Shown: positions 42,059-55,988, counted from the stretch's first letter. The stretch: DNA of 64,000 bases from Eledone cirrhosa (GCA_964016885.1 OZ024743.1:198958001-199022000); one strand, 5' to 3'. Made by a program: numbers and translations. Notes: generated by a model from the sequence alone, not told the origin.

Positions 42059-45000
42059 ATGACCTCATTCAGAATAGGCAGCATAAATGCGCGTGGCTTG
42101 GGGTCGTCATGGAAGACGGGCCACCTGCTCAACGACCTCATGCCACTAAACATAGATGTAGTGGCCATCAGCAAGACCAGAATCTCCGAAGCACGGGCCT
42201 TCGCACCGGTCTTCAGCGGCTACGATGTGTACGCATCTCCCAGCCGTCCGGGATCGGGGGGTGGGGTTGCTGTGCTTTTTCGGAGAGGTTTGGATCTCGC
42301 CATACGGGCCATCTTCCTGGACCCAGAAGGTAAGTTGGTGGTGCTGGACGTGACCAGCTGAGACGGGCAAGCTTTCAGGCTAGTGGCCGTCTATGCTCCG
42401 ACAGGAGCAGAGCGGCCTGATTTCTTCCGGCGTCTGGAGACTTTTCTTGGAACGTCCCGCTCTTTGGTGTTAGTGGGTGACTGGAACGGGATCTTAGATG
42501 CACGCTGGGTATTTGTGGGATTAGCGGATAGGCGAGGAGGGTGGAAGAGTCTCACCAACCTGCTCAGGCGTTTTGAACTGTCTGACAAGTATCGATTGGA
42601 TTTCCCGAATGTGCCAATGTGGACTTGGACAAATCGCATAGGGTCATTCAGATCATATCTAGATAGAGTATTTTGTAGGGAAATAGATAGGTCTAGCATA
42701 GGCTGTCCACAATTCAAGATAGTCAGCTACACGGACCACAAATTCGTGATCTGTGTGCTTGACTTAGATAGGCTTCATAGACGAGGACCCGGCTACTGGA
42801 AGCTAAACGCGTCCTTACCAGCGCGCAAGGCCTACAGAGACCGGATTAGCGAACTAGTTAAGCGGGCGTTGACGGGGGCCATCGTCAACGACAAGTGGTG
42901 GTTTGCTCTGAAAAGAGCAATTAGAATAGAATCCATTAGGATTAGTAAGGCTTTAGCAATAGAGAAAAATAGAGCAGAGGGAGAACTAGTTAAAAAATTA
43001 GACGAGGCGCTTAGCAAAGGCATCGCGACCGGCGTACTTGCGGCGAAATTGGCCCTTGACCAATTCTTCAATGCAAAGCACGAAGGCTGCGTTGTCAGAG
43101 CTAGGGTGCGTGCTCTCAGACACGAGGGGATGAAATCCGTTCAATGGGCCCGAGTAGCGGAGGCGCGTCGTGGCAACAAAGCCACGATACGGTCTTTGGT
43201 GGACCACGACGGGCGCATGCTACTCGATCCCTGGCAAATGTGTGAAGCTTTTCAGCGACACTTCGCTCAACTGTTCGGGGGCAGTGGCGGGCCGGATCGA
43301 GGGATGGACTTTAGTGTCTATCTCGACGGACTGCCGCGGCACGCGGCCACGGTGGCGGAGTGTTGCGAAAAGCCGATAACAGCCGCTGAAGTACGGGAGG
43401 CAATGACTGGCTGCACAAGGGGTATATCGCCTGGTTTGGATGGTCTGCCCTATGAACTTTACGTACAGATGCCAGACTTGTTCGGAAGCCTCTTGGCGGA
43501 CATCTACTGCAACTGGCAACAGAACGGGAGAATACCCAGCTCTGTGAGCCGAGGAGCTGTGGCGTTGCTGAGAAAGGATCCGAACAAGGGGGATAACATA
43601 GATAATTTCAGGCCCATAACTCTGCTAAACACAGAGTTCAAGATTTTGGCCAAGGTGCTAGCAAAGTGGTTGGCGCTTGTCGTTGGTGGTCTGGTGGGAT
43701 AGGCGCAGACATGCGCCATTCCCGACAGATCAATCCACGACAACCTCCACCTCATGCGATACATCGTAGAGAGGGTAGCTAGGGAACCTGGCACGGGTGG
43801 GTCCTTGATCAATTTAGATCAGTCGAAAGCTTTCGATAGGGTCGACCATCGTTACCTAACGGCAGTCCTGAGGGCGGCTGGCTTTGGGCCCGTCTTCAGA
43901 GGCTGGATCGCTGCCATGCACAGCGACATCTGCTCTGTGGTGAGAATGAACGGTCACCTTTCGGAACAGTTCAACATCATGCGCTCGGTCCGCCAAGGAT
44001 GTCCCCTCTCGTCCCTCTTGTACGTATTGACTCTCTAGCCATTACTGCACAAACTGGAGACGTTGAGGGTCGTCCCGCGAGAACTAGGATGCGGAAGATC
44101 CGTGTCAACCAGGAAAAGTCAGTGGGCCTGCAGCTCGGCACCTGGAGAGGCATGTCCATGCCGTCCAACAGCGTAGTCGCGCGCAGGACGGACGGATCGG
44201 TTACATTTCTAGGGTTCTGGTTCTGTCCGGACCTCCAGACGGACAAAAACTAGGACGAGGTGACGAGCAGGGTGGGTCCTCTCACCCAGAAATGGGCGGA
44301 GAGGAAGCTATCCCTGAAAGATCGAGCGAAGGTGGCTAACGCGTACATCGTGTCCTTCATCTACTACCGCCTGACCGTCGTACCTTGTCCTAAGCCCCGC
44401 CTGACTGCACTGGAGCGTTTGCTTATTCGCTTTTTGTGGAAGGGACGCGCTGCGATGGTCAGGTGGTCCATCTGCTGTCAACACCCGCTACGTGGAGGGC
44501 TGGGCATGCCGTGGCTGATGATGCGCAGACACGCGCTCAGGCTACGACATCTCCACCTCTTCCTCGACGGTGATCAGGTGTGGTCGCCGTTTGCTAGACG
44601 CGTCTTTCCCCAGCTTGTTTCCTTGACGGAGCTGCAGTCCTGAGTCAAGCAAAGACCGAGAGGGAGCGCTTGGAGACTGGAATGTCTTCAGGCGCTCACA
44701 GCCCTCGACCAATCGGGCAATGTGATCGGTGGAAACTCCCCCTTGGCGTTCTATAGAGGATTAGTGGAGAGGAAGAGCGACGACGTACTTGGAGAAACTC
44801 TAGGCGTCGACAAAAATCAACTAGCCAATCTCTTCGGAAGAACTTTCGGGCCGGGGCCTATGGACAACTTCCAGAAATCCCTAGCCTGGCAGTGCTACCG
44901 AGGAGTTTTGCCAGTTCGGGATAAACTCTACAGGGATGCAGGTGCCGTCAGCCGGGCATGTCCGAGATGCGCGCAGGGCGATGAAACCGTCATGCACGCA

Positions 45001-45346
45001 CTCGTCCAGTGTCCGAGCATTGCTGACTTGTGGGTTTATGTCGAACACCTGCTGTCACGTGTAGGACGGATCCGCCCTCTTCCTTTAGCCGGGAAGGGCA
45101 GGCAGTTTTTATCTGTCTGGTGGCCATGGCGAAAGAGATAGTATGGTAGACACGTTTGAAAGGGCTGAAGACGAGCACTTACCTCTTCGGTGATGCCCTA
45201 ATTAACTTTTTCAATTTTCAATTGAAAAGGTAAATCAGGGTAGAGAGGGAAGTGCTCTCTTCCCAGCATTTTGTTGAAAGATGGGTGAGAGAAACAAGTA
45301 TGGCCCGAGTGAATGGGCCTACTCTGAGTATCTGTCTGTAAATTAA
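42059..45346 (+). pseudogene. Tx1 copy B ORF2 (APE + RT + CCHC) with stops and a deletion of the YADD motif
   Basis: MTSFRIGSINARGL, SYTDH, GPGYWKLN, RPITLLN, KAFDRV, VRQGCPLS and CPRCAQGDETVMHALVQC. About 110 bp containing AYADD is missing at ~44107. Confidence 0.92.
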
Positions 45347-46183
45347 AGGTGGAAAACTGGGAGAGGGCACTTGCCCTGGTGGTCAGGGTCACTGTGGCTT
45401 TTTAATGGGCTCCCTCCACAAATGTCCCTCGGAAGTCTCCCCCCTATTGGGGAATTTTTCATTTTTATTTTTTTATTACATCCTCTGTTTTTTTTACTCG
45501 CAGAAATGCCCATTTGTACCGTCCAGTATTGTCCTGTACTGTCCTTAATGTCAACTTTATGTAAACCCTTGTGGTTAATAAAGAAAGCATTATTATTATT
45601 ATTATTATTATTATTCAATTTTGGTAAACAATGTTAAAATTACACACATACAAACACTCACACACACATAAATATATATATGTCATAGAGAGAGTGTGTG
45701 TGTGAGAGAGAGAGAGAGAGGAGGAGATACACAAATAGATAGATAAATTAATAGATAAATAGATAGATAGATAAGTATTGTGCTTACGAGTGTACATGTT
45801 GTGCGCATGCCTGTTTAAATTTAAAAAAAATGAAAACCTCGTAACCATTTTAATGTTGAACACCACACTTTATGTAAAACCACATCTGGTTCTTATATCT
45901 ATTGTGTATATTATGTTCCCCACGCTAAGTGAATGAAAATGAAAGCTTTCAATATTTGGCTACTAAGTGTTAATAAGTTAATCACTACATCGGTATTCTT
46001 AATTGTGTCACGAAGATTAATACATGTTTATTTTCTGTCAAAGCTTCTTATATTTTCAAAGAAATCAAAAGTCGTAGAAACGCATCGGAGAAAAAAAACA
46101 TAGAATATTCGAGCTAAGACATATCGCCTCACTGGTCATTTAATGATTTAGATATGGTAACATTAAATTATATTCTAATGTAT

Positions 46184-46510
46184 TCTTCTTCGACCACTTA
46201 TTCAAGTGGGTCCTGTCAGAAGCAACCGTCTCCAACTGATCCGGCTGGATCCCCGAGCGAGATCAGCCAAGCTCATGGATGTAATCCAACTATCTTGATT
46301 GGGGGTCTACCCCCGGGTCTCACGCCGGTTAGTTTTGCCCGTATAATCTGCCCAGTAATTCTTTCCTGAGACATTCTAACCATACATCTGTAATATCGGA
46401 GCTGTGCTCTCTCAATTCGGAGAAGTAGCGGCTCTACCTGGAGTGACTCTCTGATCTCCAAGTTACGCACTTTATCGAGTAACGTTACTCCACAGACCCG
46501 TCTGAAACTT
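46184..46510 (-). mobile_element. RTE-clade LINE 3' fragment
   Basis: VCGVTLLDKVRNLEIRESLQVEPLLLRIERAQLRYY...RPGGRP is a typical RTE C-terminus, with a (GAA)-like tail. Confidence 0.82.
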
Positions 46511-47695
46511 ATAAATTCAAAATAATGTCTGAAATTAAAATAAAAAATTAGGATTTGGTAAAGATTTTATACTTATTAGGGATACAGATTTTAATCCACT
46601 CTAAGACTGTGGTGGGCTCATAGAATTGCTAGAGCATAGGATGTAATGCATTCTGTTATATGTCCTGGTCGTTTATGTTTTGAGTTGTAAGCAAATTGAG
46701 GTAAACTTTTCCTTTCATTCTTCCAAGGCCCGTTAAAACATAGTATCACTCAAGTACTAAGTTAGTTATAATCGACTTTTCTCTTCCCCAAAAATTGCTG
46801 ACGTTGTGCTTAATCTAGAAAATATTTTTATGCGCGCTATGAAATCCTTGCTATTGTACTATTATAATTGTCATATTGCATGAGTCGCCGGGAAAAGCAT
46901 CATAAGATGGGATTGAAGCTTGCGTTTAAATATTAATTTAAAACTTATACTAGTTTGGATCCCGATTGTGAGTTCATTAATTTAATTTCCGGTGGAACAA
47001 TGTATCCGTTATTTTACGTTGCTCCATCCACTTAAGTGGAAGAAAATATCTGTAATGGAAAGGCCCTGGCTTCTTACGCCATATGTCACACTCAGACTCA
47101 CAGAGATCTTCGTTAAGAGAATGTGTTTCTGTATAATACTTATCCCCTTAAGGTTTAATTCTACGAACAATTTGTTCTGTTGATTAGATCAGTGGAGTAC
47201 TCATTGTTGGAACCGATACATCCTATATATATTTTGAATGTAATTTCACTATGCAAAGTCCAGTCTTTACCGTGATGATCGATTACTATAAAGAAATTCA
47301 TCAGAATGTTGAAATATTACAATAGGTATAAATCAAAATAGAGTTAATTTCTTTTATAAAAGTCTAAATTTAAGTAGTAATAAATACTGACCTTTTAATA
47401 AACCTAATGGAAAAACGTTTAACTCAGTAATTTAATGACGTATTGAAGGGACATTTCGACAAAATAGGAAACGAAACATTATAGTCTAAACCAACTAAAT
47501 AAGTATTTCTCCGTATATCATAGGTATCATGTTAAAGGCAGCGAGATTGGCACAAACATCTACTCTCCGTCTATAACCAGTATAAGTAAAAGAAACCTTT
47601 CCTGTACAAACATGCAATAATCTTTTACTCTATATAACAGCTAAACGGAATTGGAGGACGGAAACTGTGTCGACACCCGTTGTATACATACATAC

Positions 47696-47786
<91 letters not shown>

Positions 47787-47864
47787 TATGCGTGCGTATT
47801 TATATATGTATGCTTATATATATATATATATATATAAGTATGCGTGCGTATTTATATATGTATG

Positions 47865-47900
<36 letters not shown>

Positions 47901-48342
47901 AAGAAATTAGAGGGAATATTTATTTATAAACCCCCATTCCTGAGACGCGTAACCATTAAGCCAAGGTTAATCACACTACAACAATTATAACAACCATAAC
48001 AATAACAATTTGAAATATGCTTACAGTGTTGTTTTGAAATGCTAACCTTCGTGACAATTCATCCTAAAACTTAGTTCAGTTTCCAAATTTCTGGTAGTTA
48101 AATGTCTGTAAATCCTGCTTTATTGCTAACTTTAACAGTTACAGGGATTGTTGAGTGTATACGAGCATGTATATGTGTATGTATGTGCGTTTTGTGTGCA
48201 TTAATTAATTTATATAGGAATAAACAAATTATGTTTGAACATGCGTCTCAATACATTGGTATTTTAGGGAAAATACCAATGTATTTAAATATATGTACAA
48301 ATGCTAGGTTACATGTTACATCACACATTATTATATTTTGAA

Positions 48343-48525
48343 GGGCGGTGAATTTACAGTATCGGTAGAGGATCGGACATGCTTTCCAGCATAGTTACGC
48401 CCCTTTACGATCTGAGTTCAAATCCCGCTGAGGTAAACTTTGCCTTTCATCCATACGGGGTCGATAAAATAAAGTAACAGTAATGTACTGGGTAATTGCT
48501 GGCCTTGTGCCAAAAGTAGAATCAA
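48343..48525 (+). mobile_element. Full-length SINE with TSD
   Basis: TSD attattatattttgaa on both sides; B box gagttcaaatccc. Confidence 0.9.
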
Positions 48526-48589
48526 TTATTATATTTTGAACCCTTGCTGGCACAAATAAGACTACTGAAACTGAATCTGACGAGGAAAA

Positions 48590-48850
48590 TAAAGAAGAAC
48601 CATACCACATCGTCCTTCACGTGGTGTAAAAGGAGACGCGTTCAGATCTTAAGTAGAGGGGCCTGTTTGAAAAATACATTGCATTCTCCATTTCATGCTG
48701 CAAACATTGGCGGTGGGTCTGTGACCTGTACTGGAAGGCGTGGGGTGGACGCACAAAAATTGCGTATCCCGAGACCCCAAAGTGGATCTGGAAGGGAAAA
48801 AACCTTGACAGTTAGAACCTGAAACATCACAACTTTGACAGGTAAAGAGA
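48590..48850 (+). mobile_element. Possible RTE-type LINE 5' fragment (APE N-terminus)
   Basis: TLTVRT*NITTLTGKE resembles the APE start L.VGTWNV.TLTGK. Confidence 0.45.
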
Positions 48851-49550
48851 AAAATATGGGTGACAAAATATATCGAGGGCTGTAAACTTTTTGTATTTCA
48901 TAATATTAATTACTAATCTTAGCACAAGATCCAAATAAATATCCCTAGTATTAGAACAAGTTCAGCAATTTGGAGAAGGGGAAAATTCAATTATATTGAT
49001 CCTAGTTCTTAACTGGTACATATTCTCTCGTAACCCTGGAGGATGAAAAGCAACACTGATCTCGGCGGAATTTGAACTCAGAAAGAGATGAGTCAGAACA
49101 ATTACCGCAGTAGGATGTATTAATTTTCTTGTTTGTCATTCATTTCCACGATGTTCCTTTTATTAAATGATATAAACCATGCAGTTTTGGAATTAACAAT
49201 TACAGTAAGTACAAATGAATAAATAAGTAAATAAGTGTCGATGTTCTCTCTCTTTCACTCGCTGCCCCTGTCTCTCTCACTCTCCCAATCTCTCACTATC
49301 ATAAGTAAATGAGGACCCACGCGCTGACTGCCCTGTGGCCCCGGCGGAGAAAATAGAGAAGGCGTTTCCCCGGAGGAAGTTGGGGGAGATGCGCTGGAAA
49401 AATAATGTTTTCATTCACTTATACATTGTATAAAGAGATTTCTACGTTTTGTGTGTGATTGCTAATATAGTCTTATAAAGGTAGCTTAGAACGTTTAATT
49501 TTTAACTGTACAAGACGTACCAACTCATCTTAATTTTTAAGTCCCTCTTT

Positions 49551-49745
49551 TCATTTATCAATAATTCCCGGGAGTATGTTGAAGGAGACGTGTTGGAAGA
49601 GCCATTCCTGTTCGTGAGGTTTACACCTGCTGCGGGTAGCCAGCTCCGTGCCGATGGTGGTGAGTAGGGAGATGTTCCTAGGGCCAAGGACACCAGAAGT
49701 CCACACTGCTACGGGTTCAACCGAAAACTTGTCGGAGAGCATGTT
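49551..49745 (-). pseudogene. CRE-clade non-LTR element, RLE C-terminal remnant
   Basis: EPVAVWTSGVLGP...IGTELATRS...EQEWLFQHVSFNILPG resembles F.Pva.ET.G..G...iG..l...tgd.re..wL.QRlS.ai.RGN. Confidence 0.6.
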
Positions 49746-49959
49746 ATCCGAGACCCTACAAATTCTGTCGACCCTATATCCAATATATATTTCGTAATAC
49801 TTGATAACACATATACATATTAAAACTTACTGATTTATTTAATGATTTTCAAGAAAACAAACCATCTCTAATATCCGGACTGTAGTTGATTCATGTTTCT
49901 TTTTTATGGTTTAATCAAAAGGAAAACTTTATGAGAATTACGTTCACAGATCTTCCTCC

Positions 49960-50290
49960 GAGATTGGTGAGGTTGATATGGTTACTGTTCATTTTGAACA
50001 TCTGAAAGTTAGTAACTGCAGGAAAAAGCATAGCAGGAAAGGGAATTCTGGAGGCTTGACGCTGTGAGGAGAAAGAATTCGGAAGAAGAAGAAGAAGAAG
50101 AAGAAGAAGAAGAAGAAGAAGAAGAAGAAGAAGAAGAAATGGTTAGTGCGTAAGTGGTTGGGGAAGAGAAAATACGCTATGAGTGATTAATAGAAGAGGT
50201 ATTGATGATTGTTAGGGATGGTCATGAGTGAGTGTGGTAAGCAATTAGCTAGCTCCAAGGAACTAGAGTTGGTTTTCTTGTAGATTAACT
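49960..50290 (-). mobile_element. CR1/L2-like LINE 3' remnant interrupted by (GAA)n
   Basis: SSLELANCLP... plus a degenerate SFF...WNSLP...FP...N.QMFK C-terminal pattern. Confidence 0.5.
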
Positions 50291-51415
50291 CCCAATTCAG
50301 ATCTATGATAAGATGCCTTCCAGATGTGGCAATTGAGTGTGACCTTTTAAAAACACACATCGTATGACGTGATTTGATAGTTGTTTGGTTGATATTTCTA
50401 GCTAATTGTGACACTTTATTTGACTTGAGAAACAACGAAGGAACAAGACTATGAGATTTAAACCGGTATGGTGTTGTCTCAATTGTTAAGTAGGAGACAG
50501 AGCCTGATTTATATCCAAGTTAAGCATTTTGTAATATATTCTGTATTTCAGGGTAGTTTGAGGATAATTTGGCTGTTCTTTCAAGCACGTCAAGCTACTA
50601 TGGGGAAGTTCCCATTTAGACGTAGCTGTTTCTTATGAATCCTTACAAATCTAGCAGCATGAAATATATATTTTGGGTAATGAATAAGAAAGAAAAAAAA
50701 ATGTTTTCTTTCATGGTTTCTTCATTCACAAATCAAAAAAGAAATTGAATAAAAAAAAATATATATATATATATTTTCAAATGCGGAAAATGAGATGAAA
50801 ATGAGATTTTCTACTTTAACAATCTTATATTCTGAATGCGTCTAAAATTTCATTTCATCTTTAACATAAATTTCCCATTTTGAAAAATCTTTTTATGTAT
50901 CGAAAACTTATATTATAATTTATCATTTTGCCATGGAATTTCACTTTTAGAATAAATAGAGATATCAAAAGTAAAATTCTTTTAAAAAATTATAAAAGCA
51001 AAAAAGAAAAACAGAGCTAATTTGGGATTTGAACGTGCGAATAAAATTCTTTAGGCTTTAATACGTATATATAAATACCGGTATTAAATTTCAACCAAAT
51101 TTTTTGTAACATAAATAAAAAATCAAACAAAAACCTAACTTTCTTATGCTACTTATTACATTGATGCTGCTGCTACTGCTGTAGTTGCTGCTGCTGTTGA
51201 TGCTGTTGATGCTGTTGATGCTGTTGATGTTGCTACTGCTGTTGTCGACGCCGATATCTCCCCACCCCTCTCTCTCTCTCTCTATTTGGTGATGTTACTA
51301 TCTCGTGGTTGTTGTTTTTGTTGTTATAATCGCGTATTTCTTCTTCCATAATCGCGTATTTCTTCTTCAGAAGTTCTGTTATATTTGTTGTCATACTATG
51401 TCTCCTGTATTATTT

Positions 51416-51437
51416 CTTGTTGTTGTCGTCATCGTCG

Positions 51438-51511
<74 letters not shown>

Positions 51512-51603
51512 CTTCTTCTTCTTCTTCTTCTTCTTCTTCTTCTTCTTCTTCTTCTTCGTCTTCTTCTTCTTCTTCTTCTTCTTCTTCTTCTTCGTCTTCT
51601 TCT
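51416..51603. repeat. (GTT)n(CTT)n microsatellite
   Basis: Directly visible. Confidence 0.97.
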
Positions 51604-51646
51604 TTCACTTCCATTTATTTCGTCCTTTTTACATATTCTCCATTTG

Positions 51647-52525
51647 GATCAAAGAGTGAAAGAGTCAAAGAATCAAAGAGCGAAAGAGTCAAATAATCAA
51701 AGAGCGAAAGAGTCAAAGAATCAAAGAGTGAAAGAGCGAATGAGATGAAGAGTCGAAGAGTCGAAGAGCGAATGATTCAAAGAATGAAAGAGTCAAAGAG
51801 CGAATGAGTCAAAGGATCAAAGAGCGAAAGAGTCAAATAATCAAAGAGTGAAAGAGCGAAAGAGTCAAAGAATCAAAGAGCGAAAGAGCGAATGAGTCAA
51901 AGAATCAAAGACGAATGAGTCAAAGGATCAAAGACGAATGAGTCAAAGGATCAAAGAGCGAAAGAGTCCAAGAATCAAAGAGTGAAAGAGCGAATGAGTC
52001 AAAGAATCAAAGAGCGAAAGAGTGAAAAATTCAAAGAATCAAAGTGCAAAAGAGTCAAAGAATCAAAGAGCGAAAGCGTCAAAGAGACAAAGTGTCAAAG
52101 AGCGAAAAAGTCGAAGAATCAAAGAGTGAAAGAGCGAAAAAGTCAATGAATCAAAGAGCGAATGAGTCAAAGGATCAAAGAGCAAAAGAGTTAAAACATC
52201 AAAGAGTGAAAGAGCGAAAAAGTCAAAGAATCAAAGAGCGAAAGAGCGAAAGAGCGAAAGAGTCAAAGAACTAAAGAGTCAAAGAATCAAATAGCGAAAG
52301 AGCGAAAGAGTCAAAGAACTAAAGAGTCAAAGAATCAAATAGTGAAAGAGCGAAAGAGTCAAAGAGTCGAAAAGTGAAAGAGCGAAAGAGTCAAAGAGCG
52401 AAAGGGCGAAAGAGTCAAAGAGTCAAAGAGCTAAATGATGAAAGTGCGTAAGAGCCAAACAACAAAAGAACCAAAGATCCAAACAAAGAAAGAACGAAGG
52501 AGCGAAGGGACCAAAGAGTGAAAGA
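51647..52525. repeat. Purine-rich minisatellite built of 8-bp units (aaagagtc / aaagaatc / aaagagcg / aatgagtc)
   Basis: ~880 bp of shuffled 8-mer variants. Confidence 0.92.
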
Positions 52526-52875
52526 GCAGGCAGTCGTTCTTGTGCAAGAGATGTATATGTCTGATAGTTATTCTCACAAATAGAACAAACCATATATTCC
52601 ATAACGAAAGCAGGCACAGAGGACAGTTAATGGTAGAAGTAATTGAATAGGCAAAGAAATAAGAAATAAACAAGATTTTTTAGAATTTCAAAATGGATGT
52701 TTATTTGGCAAAAAGATTCTATTAATGGAACAAAATCAAATAACTTCTCGCATTCTCTCGTCTGTATCTCACTCACACATACACAATTACTCTCTCTCTC
52801 CCTTCACTCTCACTGGGCATATATAGATGCACGGTTGTAAGCATGTATGAAAATAAATAAATGTATTTATGTATG

Positions 52876-53005
<130 letters not shown>

Positions 53006-53016
53006 TGGATACACAG

Positions 53017-53083
<67 letters not shown>

Positions 53084-53250
53084 AAGTCCATAGAATCATT
53101 AGATAAAATATATACAGTATTTCTTCTAGACACAGACAAACACACACATGCACAAACACACATATATATCACATATATATATATGTACATGTATACACAT
53201 ATTCACGCGAACACACGCAATATATGTACATATATACGGACCAACGGACC

Positions 53251-53282
<32 letters not shown>

Positions 53283-54478
53283 GAATGTGTAAATGACTGC
53301 AATATTTCCTTCCTTACATGAATTCAGTATTGTTTGCTTTACAAAATATGTATTTCTTCTTAACATCTTTCGATATTTTGTTTAACTTGGTCATGTACAC
53401 AGACGTCCACGTACACACATATTCATGAACGCACGCGAGCATGCGCTCGTGTTTGTTCATATATACATGATATATATATATATATATGGTGTGTGTGTGT
53501 GTGTATGTGTGTGTGAGTGTGTGTGTATATTTGTGTGAGTGTGTTTATATATATATATGTACGTTCATACACACATACACACATATATATGTATATATAT
53601 GTATGTGTGTGTATTTATATATATATATATAGTTTTGACTGCTGTTTCTTGTTAACAGTCATTCGTCTCATTCTGACGTCACTAGCCCTGTTCTTCATAT
53701 GTGTTTATTATCTTAATTCCACACGAGGTGTAACTAGCCTGCTTTTAAATTCCTTCTTGGCATATTTTAGCTGTGGTCCTTAGTTATCGTGTTGAGCTCT
53801 ACTGATGAACGATCCCAACCGTGACTAACCCCACTGAAAAGTTTCGTGAAATAGTCTTTTTAAGACTATATAGAGCATTTGTAGATTTTTCCAAATTGAA
53901 GGATAAGTATTTACCCTTAATTTTATTCTGAGTTAAGACTCGATTGATTTTTCCCCTGGATTACACAAAATCTGTGGATAAAATTTCTATCATGGCTTTT
54001 TTTGAATTGAGATTGAATTATTTTTTCCCATATCTTACGTTAAATATTTTCCATCTTGACGTAATAGTCACTTATATGTATGAATTACTGTTGGCTTCTT
54101 GCTCACATTAATTTCTCTATTTTCATTTATATATATATATATATATATATATAGTCGGGACTGGAGGAATTTTAGTATAGTTTATATGCTATTTTTCTTC
54201 TAACTTATATTTTAGACTTAGCTGCGTTTAATTGATTATTTGTCTAGTTAATTTCTACGGGCTAAAAGAAATGACTAGATAAATTTCATCTAACTGTTCC
54301 TCGCGGAAAATAGTCTGTATCATTTGTCTATTATTTCTTCAAAGATACATTTTATACTTATAGCCTCGTTTAAATGATTATTTATCTGGCTGAGTTCTAC
54401 GGACTAGGGTGAAGAAAGACTGGATATGTTTTATCTAATAATTCTTTAAACTTGCAATTTTATATATATGTATACTTA

Positions 54479-54627
<149 letters not shown>

Positions 54628-55171
54628 CTGCCTGTGTGTGTATGTTCGTTCATAGTTATTCATAAACACATATATGTATATGTAGAATTATTTAAGCGTG
54701 TGCATGTATTCAAAATGTACTTATTGAAATTTGAAAAGTACGCTAAAACATATAGTGACACATAGAGATAAATATCAAAACATACAAGTACACACGTATA
54801 CACACGTAAACTAGTGTATTTGATTTTAATAATCAAGAGCTATTTGTCACATGTGATTTGTGAAGTTAAGATAGACTTATGTAAGAAAAACATCTAAACT
54901 TTGATGTAAATGCTACGCATATGCACGCTCACACACACATACACACATTCACGGGCGTTCACATACACATATATATATATGCATGAACACATGCATGTAC
55001 ACATACTTACATACATACATGCATGTATATATGCATGCATACATACCCAGTCATACACAAACATATATATGCATTTGCATAAACCTATTCACACAGGCAG
55101 TCACACACACACATGCGCACACAAACAAACACATTCTACGGATACTCTTCACACTACAATATATACGCCTA

Positions 55172-55234
55172 CAAGGTGTTCCAAAAAAATCTATACACAT
55201 TTCAATGGGTATACATTTTTGGAGGACACTCTTG
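55172..55234. mobile_element. Tiny Tc1/mariner-type MITE
   Basis: TA|caaggtgttccaaaaaaatctatac...gtatacatttttggaggacactcttg|TA, an imperfect hairpin. Confidence 0.5.
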
Positions 55235-55674
55235 TATATATATGTATATATATATATTGTTATACTTTGGGAGGGTCATGTTGCCAATAAGAAACACACG
55301 CACCAGTTGCTTTCACTTCAATTTATTATGAATTAAATTTATAAATTTAGGAATCTATAAATTTCCGGTTGGTTGGTTGGTTCCAGACGATTGTTCATAT
55401 ATTGTCAAAGTTCTTTCGTCACACATTATGTGACCTCTTCAGTGACTGGGGATTCTTTTCTTTGTTTTTGTGCCTCTCCTTTGCTTAGTTTGCGCATGTG
55501 TTACATTCAGGTGTCTGTGTGTGTTTATATTTGTTTATTTATTTGTTTATTTACAGGTTACTGGTTGGTTGTTTGTTCTATGTGTGTGTGTGTTTTCATT
55601 CCCAAAGCATAACAATATCGGTTTCAACACACGTTTTCAGATAAAGAACCTTGCTAAACAAATTCAGAAACGAA

Positions 55675-55768
<94 letters not shown>

Positions 55769-55988
55769 ATATACATAAATATAAGTCTATATACGTACAT
55801 ACATATATGTATACAGACGTACAGTAGTATGTATATATATATACATACATGCACACATATATATATGTACGTATGGATTCACCGAACATTTATTATAATG
55901 CTCGGTGTGTTTGTAAACAAACATCCCGAATTAAGCCGTACAGTGTCTAGCAACCATCGTTGCTCATTTGTTCAACACTGACAAAAGA

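Larger units (their letters stand above)
39853..45588 (+). mobile_element. L1/Tx1-clade non-LTR retrotransposon, copy B (apparently full length, decayed)
   Basis: Bounded by (att)n at 39801-39852 and 45588-45615, with the same 3'UTR as copy A. Confidence 0.92.
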
